DNA of 64,000 nt, taken from a phage. Positions 37,746 through 48,560 of this stretch are shown piece by piece (the first letter of the stretch is position 1; every line of letters starts with the position of its first letter). The notes beneath the pieces are model-generated. The model was not told the DNA's origin, ran no database searches, and saw only the letters and a list, made by a program, of their open reading frames with translations. The DNA lies in sequence record PZ386951.1; one strand, written 5' to 3'. A program made the position numbers and the translations under genes.

Positions 37746-38231
37746 TTATTTTATGTAATATTTATTTAAAAACTTTCTAGCTTGAGTGTGGCTAACATTT
37801 ATAGCATTTGCATAATTTTTAATAAAACCTCGTTCATCCATATTAAAATTTTCTAATATTTTTAATCGTCTAGTTATCTCATCTTGACTTAAAGTACTTG
37901 CATTATTTTTAGAAATTTTTTCTAAGGACTGAACTGAGTGTTTTCGACCACTAAAATTAAAATTTTTAGATTTTGGAGGAAATCTATCATTTAGTCTGGC
38001 ATCTTTTGTATTTTGATTATTGGTTGCGCAATATATGTTATTTAATGAATACGGTCCTTTATCACCAAAACGACACATGCAGTATTCATGACCCTTTCTT
38101 CCACGCTTATCATAATTTCCCGTTGATTTCCACCAATGCAACCACTCATCAAAAGTTAAATTCCATTCAATGTTTCTACGTATAGCAGAATTCCGCTGAG
38201 AAATATATTTTGCATAATCTTCTTTCATCAC
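37746..38231 (-). CDS. HNH-family endonuclease-like protein (161 aa) between the two tRNA sub-clusters
   Basis: Central CRFGDKGPYSLNNIYCATNNQN resembles the HNH_3 core (first His not obvious); C-terminal helix-turn-helix-like tail. Confidence 0.45.
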   Translation of the reverse strand: MMKEDYAKYISQRNSAIRRNIEWNLTFDEWLHWWKSTGNYDKRGRKGHEYCMCRFGDKGPYSLNNIYCATNNQNTKDARLNDRFPPKSKNFNFSGRKHSVQSLEKISKNNASTLSQDEITRRLKILENFNMDERGFIKNYANAINVSHTQARKFLNKYYIK

Positions 38232-38275
38232 AAATTTCTCTACTTATTACATACACTAAGCTAAATCAGCAAAAC

Positions 38276-38365
38276 TGGCGGAGGCGATAGGATTTGAACC
38301 TATGAGTCGCCGGAGCGACTGCCGGTTTTCAAGACCGGTGCATTAAACCACTCTGCCACGCCTCC
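38276..38365 (-). tRNA. tRNA-Ser: tRNA-Ser (anticodon UGA), type II
   Basis: Acceptor GGAGGCG/CGCCTCC; anticodon arm CCGGU-CUUGAAA-ACCGG; long variable arm; T-loop TTCAAAT. Confidence 0.85.
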
Positions 38366-38367
38366 AG

Positions 38368-38441
38368 TCTCCACGGCAGGATTTGAACCTGCGACATTCT
38401 GCTCCCAAAGCAGACGCTCTACCAAACTGAGCTACACGGAG
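38368..38441 (-). tRNA. tRNA-Pro: tRNA-Pro (anticodon UGG), no encoded CCA, 2 nt from tRNA-Ser
   Basis: Acceptor CTCCGTG/CGTGGAG (two G-U pairs); D-arm GCTCAGTTTGGTAGAGC; anticodon loop UUUGGGA. Confidence 0.85.
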
Positions 38442-38451
38442 TAAATTAAAT

Positions 38452-38525
<74 letters not shown>

Positions 38526-38530
38526 AAATT

Positions 38531-38617
38531 TGGTGCGAGAAGTGGGACTCGAACCCACAAGGAAATCATTCCGCAGCATTTTAAGTGCTGTGCCTTTACC
38601 AATTTGACCATTCTCGC
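38531..38617 (-). tRNA. tRNA-Leu: tRNA-Leu (anticodon UAA), type II, CCA encoded
   Basis: Acceptor GCGAGAA/TTCTCGC; anticodon arm CAGCA-CUUAAAA-TGCTG; T-arm GTGGG-TTCGAGT-CCCAC. Confidence 0.85.
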
Positions 38618-38618
38618 G

Positions 38619-38691
38619 CTGGGAATAAAGGACTCGAACCTTTGCATCTAGCAGTCAAAGTGCTATGCCTTACCAACTTGGCTAATTCCCA
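38619..38691 (-). tRNA. tRNA-Gln: tRNA-Gln (anticodon UUG), no encoded CCA, 1 nt from tRNA-Leu
   Basis: Acceptor TGGGAAT/ATTCCCA; anticodon arm TAGCA-CUUUGAC-TGCTA; T-arm AAAGG-TTCGAGT-CCTTT. Confidence 0.8.
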
Positions 38692-38788
38692 ATTATTAAC
38701 AAAGGCTCTTAAGCAAGAACCCTTGATGATAGAGGGTATTAATCAGTGCGATATGAGTTAATAATAACAAATAATTCTTAAAGCATAT

Positions 38789-39076
38789 TTACCATTTATG
38801 ATAATACATATTTACGATGCATTCAAGACCCAAAGGATTCTTGAAAATATCATATTCAAGAGGACCTTTTTCCGTTTCAATAAAGAAATCAAAGTTAACT
38901 GTATTAAATTTACGGTCTTCCTTCACTAATTTAACTTGAGAAGATGAACGGTCAATGTAAACCTTTTCAACTTCAAAACATGTTAAAACGCCATAATCAT
39001 CAATCAAGGCTTTAGCCGCGTCTTGATCATATTTATATCCATTTTCAATGGACGATACTTTAGCATAAAGAATCAT
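38789..39076 (-). CDS. hypothetical protein (95 aa)
   Basis: ORF upstream of the tRNA cluster. Confidence 0.5.
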   Translation of the reverse strand: MILYAKVSSIENGYKYDQDAAKALIDDYGVLTCFEVEKVYIDRSSSQVKLVKEDRKFNTVNFDFFIETEKGPLEYDIFKNPLGLECIVNMYYHKW

Positions 39077-39079
39077 TAT

Positions 39080-39460
39080 TTACCCTTCATCAACAATAGT
39101 ATGAGTGTGGGCATTTACAATTTGCCACCAATCAAAGCGATTAGAACCATACATTGGTTTGTTCTCATTTTCTTTGATAATGTCACGGAGTTCATCTTCG
39201 GTAGCGGCTTTCGCGATTAAATCAGCATATCCACCGCGAGGATAATAATTATCACCTGCAAAAAGTAAAAAGTTCGGTTTAATATTATTGAACTCTTCAA
39301 GAGTAATAACTTTTCCTGTCGGTTGAACAATCTCTACATATTTATATCCTAATTTTTGAGCAGCATCTACTGCTTCAAGCAAAGTATCATGAGCCCATCC
39401 AATTTGACAACCTGGCTTTTCAGATGGATTAGCCTGATAATCCGCGTACACTTTATACAT
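39080..39460 (-). CDS. hypothetical protein (~126 aa)
   Basis: Start at MYKVYADY, abutting the upstream stop. Confidence 0.5.
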   Translation of the reverse strand: MYKVYADYQANPSEKPGCQIGWAHDTLLEAVDAAQKLGYKYVEIVQPTGKVITLEEFNNIKPNFLLFAGDNYYPRGGYADLIAKAATEDELRDIIKENENKPMYGSNRFDWWQIVNAHTHTIVDEG

Positions 39461-39461
39461 T

Positions 39462-39647
39462 CTATTCACCTTTAGAAATTTTATCCATAACGATAGCAAT
39501 TAAACCAATTAAAAATGCTACTACAAGTGAAAAAACATTTTCTGCTGTAGTCAATAATCCGCATATAAATCCAACAAACATTGAAAAACTAAAAGCAGAA
39601 GCAGAAATTGCAATAGCAACATTTCGAATTAATTCACAACGTTTCAT
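39462..39647 (-). CDS. small membrane protein (61 aa)
   Basis: Two short hydrophobic helices. Confidence 0.4.
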   Translation of the reverse strand: MKRCELIRNVAIAISASAFSFSMFVGFICGLLTTAENVFSLVVAFLIGLIAIVMDKISKGE

Positions 39648-39675
39648 TTTATTCTCCTCAGTAGTTGATAGGGTA

Positions 39676-39705
39676 ATAGTATCACTACCCTATCTAAAAG
39701 TAAAC
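39676..39705 (-). promoter_or_regulatory. early promoter in a stem-loop cassette (downstream flank of the ipI-locus gene)
   Basis: Inverted repeat gataggg/ccctatc around -10 TGaTACTAT; GTTTAC -35; contains the 16-bp direct repeat taatagtatcactacc. Confidence 0.5.
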
Positions 39706-39939
39706 TCATTTTTTACGAAAAATTGATTTATTTTCTGCTGCCCATTTTTCAATAACTGCAGCCGGACCAGTAACAACAATTTTATCACCGTAATCTTCTG
39801 CGGCGAGTTGACCGAAATTATCTAATGCATCACGAAGAACTCCATGAGGCATTTCACCCATTTTATCTTTCTTGCCAGTGTAAATAAACTCAACTTTTAC
39901 ATCAGAAGATTCAGCGATAAATTCTTTAAACGTTTTCAT
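39706..39939 (-). CDS. internal protein at the ipI locus (77 aa precursor with CTS)
   Basis: N-terminus MKTFKEFIAES (CTS); position between 57B and the tRNA region as for T4 ipI; body does not obviously match recalled IPI. Confidence 0.6.
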   Translation of the reverse strand: MKTFKEFIAESSDVKVEFIYTGKKDKMGEMPHGVLRDALDNFGQLAAEDYGDKIVVTGPAAVIEKWAAENKSIFRKK

Positions 39940-39969
39940 TTTATTTTCCTAATTAATTTTGATGAGATA

Positions 39970-39999
39970 ATAGTATCACTACCTCATCAGCATGTAAAC
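39970..39999 (-). promoter_or_regulatory. early promoter in a stem-loop cassette (upstream flank of the ipI-locus gene)
   Basis: Inverted repeat gatgag/ctcatc around TGaTACTAT; GTTTAC -35; second copy of taatagtatcactacc. Confidence 0.5.
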
Positions 40000-40011
40000 A
40001 ACTTTGTGAAA

Positions 40012-40708
<697 letters not shown>

Positions 40709-40709
<1 letters not shown>

Positions 40710-41434
40710 TATAGTACCTTTAGTGTATTTTTAATTTTAGAAAAAAGTTCTTCAAGAGAACCATCGTTTGTAATTACTAAATCGCCATCACGAATTGGCA
40801 ATCCAGCTTCTGTAATATGTTTATCATTGGATTTTTGACCAGGACGAACTACATGAATTACTGTAGCACCCATCGCCCTAGCCGCATCCATTTCATGATC
40901 TTGACGAGTATCAGGAACGATATAATAATCATAACCTGAGTTAAATTTATCAAGATAATCTAAAGCAAATAATTTTACCCAGTACATGCGATCGAAGTTA
41001 TTAACAATCAAATCCGTACCTAGGGCTTGCATCAGACGACGGACTGACCATTGATCTTCAATATTATTTATAACGTCAGTAATCTTGTTAAATGCTACGA
41101 AATTAACTGATTCTTTTCCTTCGTCATTAAAAACAAACACACCTTTAATTGGGCTTTTACCATTAAGATAGCAAAATGCTTGTTCCATAATCGTGATTAC
41201 TTCTAATTTAGTCAGATTTAAATTAGTCTCACGATCATAGTCAATTCCTTCAAACTCTTTACGAGTTAAGCAAGGATAGTCAGTGTTTGCTGCAAATACT
41301 CCCCATGCATAAGCCAATGCATCCTTAATAGGACCAGCAAGTTGGTATTTAACTGCAGAATAATTGCTCATGATAAAATCAGCAGTAGTATCTTTTCCAC
41401 TACGCTTTACACCGCTTAAAAAGATTAGTTTCAT
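40709..41434 (-). CDS. 1: deoxynucleoside monophosphate kinase
   Basis: 241 aa from MKLIFLSGVKRSGKDTT (P-loop); the track ORF extends 13 codons further upstream. Confidence 0.9.
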
Positions 41435-41483
41435 GTGTTTCTCCTCAAATTTAATTAAGATTATAACACACAAAACTGAAGCA

Positions 41484-42014
41484 TTAAACTTCCGCTATAA
41501 TTTTTCCGTCTTTTTCTACTTGAAAATAGGTGTAAGGAATCGTTGCAGTACATACTAAAGCCGGGTCTGAATCTTCTGTGTAGCTAAATTCTACTTCAGA
41601 TAGGTCAGAAACCCAAGGCTTATAAAAATTTATTGACATCACGATTTCAGTTTTACTATTATCTAAAATGTAAAGCGTAATGTACTCAGGACCTGTTTTT
41701 TGGGCAGTATTTTCACCTGTAAGATAGTTGCTAGTTCCTAGCATCCATTCATACATTCCTATCCACGACTTAAGTTCTTCATCAACTATAAATCTCACGA
41801 TGAGTGGATCATACTCAAATGTAACACCTGGACGTTGCGCTCGGCCCAGTCCAAACGGCCCAGTCACGGTATCAGTAACAGGTATTCTAATTCCTGGAAT
41901 AGGAACTGACTGAGCATTTAAAGTAAAAGCAGATGTAGTATTACTATGTGGTATTGATACTACAAAGTTAGTTGTATTTGCTTGGTTAAAAATTTGTTGC
42001 AGAGCTTGCGACAT
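41484..42014 (-). CDS. 3: tail completion / sheath stabiliser protein gp3
   Basis: 176 aa from MSQALQQIFNQ; synteny 1-3-2-4. Confidence 0.75.
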   Translation of the reverse strand: MSQALQQIFNQANTTNFVVSIPHSNTTSAFTLNAQSVPIPGIRIPVTDTVTGPFGLGRAQRPGVTFEYDPLIVRFIVDEELKSWIGMYEWMLGTSNYLTGENTAQKTGPEYITLYILDNSKTEIVMSINFYKPWVSDLSEVEFSYTEDSDPALVCTATIPYTYFQVEKDGKIIAEV

Positions 42015-42120
42015 ATATTCCTCATAATGCTTTATAACTGTTGGTGGTATAATGGGTCTAAGTCCCTTCCATTCAATTCCATTTAGAACAAACAACAGAA
42101 AAGAATGGAAGATAATAGAA

Positions 42121-42945
42121 TTAGATATTTGACCAGACTTTGTTTGCAGAGAAACGTTTTCCTTTTGAAACGAACTGCTGAAGTGGCATCAACACAACGT
42201 TCGCCCAGTCTTTCGGGGCGATTTCAACAAGGCTACCCATAATATTACCAGGTATATATGCCTTAATCATTTGGTCTGCACCCCTAAATCCTTTCACTTG
42301 ACTCCAATCAATTTTTAATTTCGTTTTATTAGTAATAGTAGGTGTATTTGAATATTGCTTTAAAAGCTCTTCTAGAAATTGCTGACGAGCTTTAGGTGGA
42401 ATATAGTGCAAGTTTAATCCGTACATTAAATTATGCTTACCTAAACCAAGGTAAATTATCAAAGGAAATTTATCCCAGTAAGGAAGAGTTTCCTTGTGTT
42501 TAGCATCATAAGCAAAAGCATATATTCGTCCCGGCTGCGGGCGAACAACTTTGTGTCCTTTTACTTGCTTAATAGTTTCAGCAAACCATTTTCTGGTTTT
42601 ATTATTAATTGCTGCGCCTTCATTACGAATTTTATCACGCAATGTTTGTCTGAATGAATTTATCATAAGCAGTTGTCTTTCTTGCTTATTGAGCTTATTC
42701 ATTGGTTTTGATTCAAGCTTTTGAATCTTTTCAGCTGTTTTAATTCCTGAAGCATATTTTGACATTGCTGAAGTAAACGTAGAGTATTTGATTCCTCTTT
42801 CTTCAGCAAATTGCTTTCCTGTCATTCCTTTTGCTTTGGCCTTTTTATATTCAAGACCTATCTGAATCCATTTCTTTTCGTTTAATGATTGCTTAACCTT
42901 TGGAACTTGGGGAGTGCTTTCATTAATTATTTGAAAAATAGCCAT
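42121..42945 (-). CDS. 2: DNA end protector protein gp2
   Basis: 274 aa basic protein, T4 gp2 length; synteny. Confidence 0.75.
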   Translation of the reverse strand: MAIFQIINESTPQVPKVKQSLNEKKWIQIGLEYKKAKAKGMTGKQFAEERGIKYSTFTSAMSKYASGIKTAEKIQKLESKPMNKLNKQERQLLMINSFRQTLRDKIRNEGAAINNKTRKWFAETIKQVKGHKVVRPQPGRIYAFAYDAKHKETLPYWDKFPLIIYLGLGKHNLMYGLNLHYIPPKARQQFLEELLKQYSNTPTITNKTKLKIDWSQVKGFRGADQMIKAYIPGNIMGSLVEIAPKDWANVVLMPLQQFVSKGKRFSANKVWSNI

Positions 42946-43397
42946 TATGCCCCCTTAAAGCCAAGAGCTCGTAATCCATCTTCTGTTAGAATTCTAAATT
43001 TTATTCCACGCTTTTCAGCTAAAGATTGTGCTGCTTTCCATTTGTCAGTGTTCACAGACCAGGTATAAATTTCATTCATAAATCTTTTCTTCGCTGCGGT
43101 TGTTAGATGTGCCGGTTTAACTGGTGGTTGTGTTTCTTTTTTAGGTTTTATTTCAATAAAAAATTCTTGTCCAGAAGAATCTTTCATCCAAATATCCATG
43201 AAGTATCTACGTTTTTTCCCTTCTGCATTGCAAAAATACGGAATTACTGCTGTTTCACTACCCCATGCAATAATTTCTGGATTTTTATCTAACCATTCAA
43301 AAAAGAATTTTTCCCAATTTGATCTATACGTAATTTTTTTAGGGTCACCTCTATACTTTGATATATTTTTAGGAACCCATTTTCCAGAATATGCCAT
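42945..43397 (-). CDS. 4: head completion protein gp4
   Basis: 150 aa; synteny; RBS AAGGAG. Confidence 0.75.
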   Translation of the reverse strand: MAYSGKWVPKNISKYRGDPKKITYRSNWEKFFFEWLDKNPEIIAWGSETAVIPYFCNAEGKKRRYFMDIWMKDSSGQEFFIEIKPKKETQPPVKPAHLTTAAKKRFMNEIYTWSVNTDKWKAAQSLAEKRGIKFRILTEDGLRALGFKGA

Positions 43398-43408
43398 TGG
43401 ATTCTCCT

Positions 43409-43416
43409 TATAAATA
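43409..43416 (+). promoter_or_regulatory. late promoter TATAAATA for gene 53
   Basis: Exact TATAAATA 29 nt upstream of the gene 53 ATG. Confidence 0.6.
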
Positions 43417-43423
43417 GATAATA

Positions 43424-43431
43424 TATTTATA
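43424..43431 (-). promoter_or_regulatory. late promoter TATAAATA (minus strand) for gene 4, divergent from the gene 53 promoter
   Basis: Plus-strand tatttata; RBS AAGGAG between it and the gene 4 ATG. Confidence 0.55.
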
Positions 43432-43444
43432 AACAGGAGGGCCC

Positions 43445-44035
43445 ATGCTCTTTACATTTTTTGATCCGATTGAATATGCGGCCAAAACGGTGAATAAAAA
43501 CGCGCCGACTATTCCTATGACAGATATTTTTAGAAACTATAAAGACTATTTTAAACGCGCTCTTGCGGGATACCGCTTACGTACTTATTATATTAAAGGT
43601 TCACCCCGCCCAGAAGAATTAGCAAATGCTATATATGGAAATCCGCAGTTGTATTGGGTTTTATTGATGTGTAATGATAATTACGATCCGTATTATGGAT
43701 GGATTACTTCACAGGAAGCTGCTTATCAAGCATCTATACAAAAATACAAAAATGTAGGTGGAGACCAAATAGTATATCATGTAAATGAAAACGGTGAAAA
43801 ATTTTATAATTTAATATCATACGATGATGATCCATATGTTTGGTATGATAAAGGCGATAAAGCTAGAAAATATCCTCAATATGAAGGAGCACTTGCTGCG
43901 GTCGATACGTATGAAGCGGCTGTTCTTGAAAATGAAAAACTTCGTCAAATAAAAATAATAGCAAAATCAGACATCAATTCATTTATGAACGACCTTATAC
44001 GTATAATGGAGAAATCTTATGGAAATGATAAGTAA
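43445..44035 (+). CDS. 53: baseplate wedge protein gp53
   Basis: 196 aa; synteny. Confidence 0.8.
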   Translation: MLFTFFDPIEYAAKTVNKNAPTIPMTDIFRNYKDYFKRALAGYRLRTYYIKGSPRPEELANAIYGNPQLYWVLLMCNDNYDPYYGWITSQEAAYQASIQKYKNVGGDQIVYHVNENGEKFYNLISYDDDPYVWYDKGDKARKYPQYEGALAAVDTYEAAVLENEKLRQIKIIAKSDINSFMNDLIRIMEKSYGNDK

Positions 44036-45746
44036 TAACCTTAATTGGTTTGTTGGTGTTGTTGAAGATAGAATGGACCCATTAAAATTAGGTCGTGTTC
44101 GCGTTCGTGTGGTTGGTCTGCATCCACCACAAAGAGCACAAGGTGATGTAATGGGTATTCCAACTGAAAAATTACCATGGATGTCAGTTATTCAACCTAT
44201 AACTTCTGCAGCGATGTCAGGAATTGGAGGTTCTGTTACAGGGCCAGTAGAAGGAACTAGAGTTTATGGTCATTTTTTAGACAAATGGAAAACTAACGGA
44301 ATTGTCCTTGGCACGTATGGTGGAATAGTTCGCGAAAAACCGAATAGACTTGAAGGATTTTCTGACCCAACTGGGCAGTATCCTAGACGTTTAGGAAATG
44401 ATACTAACGTACTAAACCAAGGCGGAGAAGTAGGATATGATTCCTCTTCTAACGTTATTCAAGATAGTAACTTAGACACTGCAATAAATCCCGATGATAG
44501 ACCGCTATCAGAGATTCCAACCGATGATAATCCAAATATGTCAATGGCTGAAATGCTTCGCCGTGATGAAGGATTAAGACTAAAAGTTTATTGGGATACC
44601 GAAGGATATCCGACAATTGGTATTGGTCATCTTATCATGAAGCAGCCAGTTCGTGATATGGCTCAAATTAATAAAGTTTTATCGAAACAAGTTGGTCGTG
44701 AAATTACTGGAAACCCAGGTTCTATTACAATGGAAGAAGCGACGACTTTATTTGAACGTGATTTGGCTGATATGCAACGCGACATTAAATCACATTCTAA
44801 AGTAGGACCAGTCTGGCAAGCTGTCAACCGTTCTCGCCAAATGGCATTAGAAAATATGGCATTTCAGATGGGTGTTGGCGGTGTAGCTAAATTTAACACA
44901 ATGTTAACTGCTATGTTAGCAGGAGATTGGGAAAAAGCATATAAAGCCGGTCGTGATTCATTGTGGTATCAACAAACAAAAGGCCGTGCATCCCGTGTTA
45001 CTATGATTATTCTTACGGGAAATTTAGAATCATATGGTGTTGAAGTAAAAACCCCAGCTAGGTCTCTATCAGCAATGGCTGCTACTGTAGCTAAATCTTC
45101 TGACCCTGCTGACCCTCCTATTCCAAATGACTCGAGAATTTTATTCAAAGAACCAGTTTCTTCATATAAAGGTGAATATCCTTATGTGCATACAATGGAA
45201 ACTGAAAGCGGACATATTCAGGAATTTGATGATACCCCTGGGCAAGAACGATACAGATTAGTTCATCCAACTGGAACTTATGAAGAAGTATCACCGTCAG
45301 GAAGAAGAACAAGAAAAACTGTTGATAATTTGTATGATATAACCAACGCTGATGGTAATTTTTTGGTAGCCGGCGATAAAAAGACTAACGTCGGTGGATC
45401 AGAAATTTATTACAACATGGATAATCGTCTTCACCAAATAGATGGAAGCAATACAATATTTGTACGTGGCGATGAAACTAAGACGGTTGAAGGTAATGGA
45501 ACTATCCTAGTTAAAGGTAATGTTACTATTGTAGTTGAAGGTAATGCTGACATTACAGTTAAAGGAGATGCTACCACTTTAGTTGAAGGAAATCAAACTA
45601 ATACAGTAAATGGAAATCTTTCTTGGAAAGTTGCTGGGACAGTTGATTGGGACGTTGGTGGTGATTGGACAGAAAAAATGGCATCTATGAGTTCTATTTC
45701 ATCTGGTCAATACACAATTGATGGATCGAGGATTGACATTGGCTAA
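44019..45746 (+). CDS. 5: baseplate hub / cell-puncturing protein gp5 with lysozyme domain
   Basis: 575 aa; lysozyme domain MLRRDEGLRLKVYWDTEGYPTIGIGHL (e-like); C-terminal VxGxVxV beta-helix repeats. Confidence 0.95.
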   Translation: MEMISNNLNWFVGVVEDRMDPLKLGRVRVRVVGLHPPQRAQGDVMGIPTEKLPWMSVIQPITSAAMSGIGGSVTGPVEGTRVYGHFLDKWKTNGIVLGTYGGIVREKPNRLEGFSDPTGQYPRRLGNDTNVLNQGGEVGYDSSSNVIQDSNLDTAINPDDRPLSEIPTDDNPNMSMAEMLRRDEGLRLKVYWDTEGYPTIGIGHLIMKQPVRDMAQINKVLSKQVGREITGNPGSITMEEATTLFERDLADMQRDIKSHSKVGPVWQAVNRSRQMALENMAFQMGVGGVAKFNTMLTAMLAGDWEKAYKAGRDSLWYQQTKGRASRVTMIILTGNLESYGVEVKTPARSLSAMAATVAKSSDPADPPIPNDSRILFKEPVSSYKGEYPYVHTMETESGHIQEFDDTPGQERYRLVHPTGTYEEVSPSGRRTRKTVDNLYDITNADGNFLVAGDKKTNVGGSEIYYNMDNRLHQIDGSNTIFVRGDETKTVEGNGTILVKGNVTIVVEGNADITVKGDATTLVEGNQTNTVNGNLSWKVAGTVDWDVGGDWTEKMASMSSISSGQYTIDGSRIDIG

Positions 45747-45780
45747 TATACTTCCAATGAGCGCTGATTTAGGAGAATCC

Positions 45781-46275
45781 ATGGAAGGTTCTTCTATCGA
45801 CGTCACCTTTACCGCTCAATTAGAAACAGGTGAAACGTTAGTATCTATAAATATAACTAGTTACGAAGAAACTCCTGGAGTTTTAGTAGAAGAAAATCGC
45901 TTATATGGAACATATGAATCTGTATTTGGTTTCGGAAATGACGCATTGAAATATCGTTTAGGCGATGAATTTAAAACTGCTGCTTCATGGGAAGAACTTC
46001 CTACTGATTCTGATACTCAGTTGTATTTGTGGAAAGCTCCTCAAAATCTCCAGAAGACATTCACTTACGAAGTAACATTAATATATGACTACCAAGAACA
46101 AAGTGAATCTGGAGGTTCTGGCAGTAATTCTAGGTCATCTTCTGATACTACTGAACCGACGGTTCCTCCTGCTCCAATAAGAAAAACTCTCGTTAAAAAT
46201 TATACTAAAACTATAGTTGGAAATTGGAGTCGTTGGGCTAATAAATTGAGAAGCTACGTGTATGAGAGGCCATAA
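45781..46275 (+). CDS. hypothetical protein (gp5.1 position, ~164 aa)
   Basis: Start at MEGSS with AGGAG RBS; the track ORF starts earlier inside gene 5. Confidence 0.55.
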
Positions 46276-46569
46276 ATGTCAGGATTAAGTTATGATAAGT
46301 GTGTTACTGCTGGCCATGAAGCGTGGCCTCCAACAGTTGTGAATGCTACACAAAGTAAAGTATTCACTGGAGGAATTGCTGTTCTTGTAGCAGGCGATCC
46401 AATTACAGAACATACAGAAATCAAAAAGCCATATGAAACACATGGCGGAGTGACACAACCTAGAACATCTAAGGTATATGTCACTGGAAAGAAAGCTGTT
46501 CAAATGGCTGATCCAATATCATGCGGTGATACTGTGGCTCAGGCATCATCTAAAGTATTCATTAAATAG
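46276..46569 (+). CDS. 5.4: baseplate spike-tip protein gp5.4 (PAAR-like)
   Basis: 97 aa; position between gene 5 and gene 6. Confidence 0.7.
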
Positions 46570-46577
46570 GATTTAAA

Positions 46578-48560
46578 ATGGCAAATACCCCTGTAAATTA
46601 TCAATTAACAAGAACAGCAAATGCTATTCCCGAGATATTCGTCGGGGGTACGTTTGCTGAAATAAAACAAAACCTCATTGAATGGCTTAATGGCCAAAAT
46701 GAATTTTTGGATTATGATTTTGAAGGCTCAAGATTAAACGTTCTTTGTGACCTTTTGGCTTATAATACGCTGTACATTCAGCAGTTTGGTAATGCTGCTG
46801 TGTATGAAAGCTTTATGCGTACTGCTAACTTACGAAGTTCAGTTGTTCAAGCTGCACAAGATAACGGATATTTACCTACTTCAAAATCCGCTGCGCAGAC
46901 CGAAATTATGTTAACATGCACCGACGCATTGAATAGGAATTACATTACTATTCCTCGCGGAACTCGCTTTTTAGCATATGCAAAAGATACTTCTGTTAAT
47001 CCATATAACTTCGTTTCTACCGAAGACGTTATTGCTATTCGTGATAAAAATAACCAATATTTTCCACGTTTAAAATTAGCTCAGGGACGTATAGTAAGAA
47101 CTGAAATCATTTATGATAAATTAACACCTATTATCATTTATGATAAAAATATTGATAGAAACCAGGTTAAATTATATGTTGATGGAGCGGAATGGATTAA
47201 CTGGACGAGAAAGTCAATGGTTCATGCTGGTTCAACATCAACGATTTACTATATGCGTGAAACTATTGATGGAAACACTGAATTCTATTTTGGCGAAGGT
47301 GAAATTTCTGTTAATGCTTCTGAAGGAGCTTTGACCGCTAATTACATCGGAGGTCTTAAACCTACCCAGAACTCTACTATTGTTATTGAGTACATCAGTA
47401 CTAACGGTGCAGATGCGAATGGCGCAGTTGGATTTTCATATGCAGATACATTAACAAATATAACTGTCATCAATATTAATGAAAATCCAAACGACGACCC
47501 AGATTTTGTCGGAGCAGATGGCGGTGGTGATCCAGAAGATATTGAACGTATTCGCGAATTGGGTACTATTAAGCGTGAAACTCAGCAGCGATGTGTAACT
47601 GCGACAGATTATGATACATTTGTCTCAGAAAGATTTGGTTCTATTATTCAAGCCGTTCAGACTTTCACTGATTCTACTAAACCTGGTTATGCATTTATTG
47701 CTGCTAAACCTAAATCAGGATTGTATTTAACTACTGTGCAGCGTGAAGATATTAAAAATTATCTCAAAGATTATAATTTAGCACCTATTACACCATCAAT
47801 TATTTCTCCTAATTATCTTTTCATTAAGACTAATTTAAAAGTCACATATGCTTTAAATAAGCTGCAAGAATCTGAACAGTGGCTTGAAGGTCAAATAATT
47901 GATAAAATTGACCGCTATTATACTGAAGATGTAGAAATTTTTAACTCATCTTTCGCTAAGTCTAAGATGTTAACTTATGTAGATGATGCAGATCATTCTA
48001 TCATTGGTTCATCAGCGACTATTCAAATGGTTCGTGAAGTACAAAACTTCTATAAAACGCCTGAAGCTGGTATTAAATACAATAATCAAATAAAAGACCG
48101 TTCTATGGAATCTAATACGTTTTCATTTAATTCTGGACGAAAAGTTGTAAATCCTGATACTGGTTTAGAAGAAGATGTATTATATGACGTTCGTATAGTA
48201 TCAACAGACCGAGATTCTAAAGGAATTGGTAAAGTTATTATTGGTCCATTTGCTTCTGGCGATGTTACAGAAAATGAAAACATTCAGCCGTATACAGGCA
48301 ACGATTTTAACAAATTAGCAAATTCTGATGGACGCGACAAATACTATGTTATCGGTGAAATAAATTATCCAGCTGACATGATTTATTGGAATATCGCTAA
48401 AATTAATTTAACATCTGAAAAATTTGAAGTTCAGACTATTGAATTATATTCTGACCCAACCGATGATGTTATCTTTACTCGCGATGGTTCACTGATTGTA
48501 TTTGAAAATGACTTACGTCCACAATACTTAACTATCGATTTGGAGCCTATATCACAATGA
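46578..48560 (+). CDS. 6: baseplate wedge protein gp6
   Basis: 660 aa; synteny and length. Confidence 0.85.
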   Translation: MANTPVNYQLTRTANAIPEIFVGGTFAEIKQNLIEWLNGQNEFLDYDFEGSRLNVLCDLLAYNTLYIQQFGNAAVYESFMRTANLRSSVVQAAQDNGYLPTSKSAAQTEIMLTCTDALNRNYITIPRGTRFLAYAKDTSVNPYNFVSTEDVIAIRDKNNQYFPRLKLAQGRIVRTEIIYDKLTPIIIYDKNIDRNQVKLYVDGAEWINWTRKSMVHAGSTSTIYYMRETIDGNTEFYFGEGEISVNASEGALTANYIGGLKPTQNSTIVIEYISTNGADANGAVGFSYADTLTNITVININENPNDDPDFVGADGGGDPEDIERIRELGTIKRETQQRCVTATDYDTFVSERFGSIIQAVQTFTDSTKPGYAFIAAKPKSGLYLTTVQREDIKNYLKDYNLAPITPSIISPNYLFIKTNLKVTYALNKLQESEQWLEGQIIDKIDRYYTEDVEIFNSSFAKSKMLTYVDDADHSIIGSSATIQMVREVQNFYKTPEAGIKYNNQIKDRSMESNTFSFNSGRKVVNPDTGLEEDVLYDVRIVSTDRDSKGIGKVIIGPFASGDVTENENIQPYTGNDFNKLANSDGRDKYYVIGEINYPADMIYWNIAKINLTSEKFEVQTIELYSDPTDDVIFTRDGSLIVFENDLRPQYLTIDLEPISQ

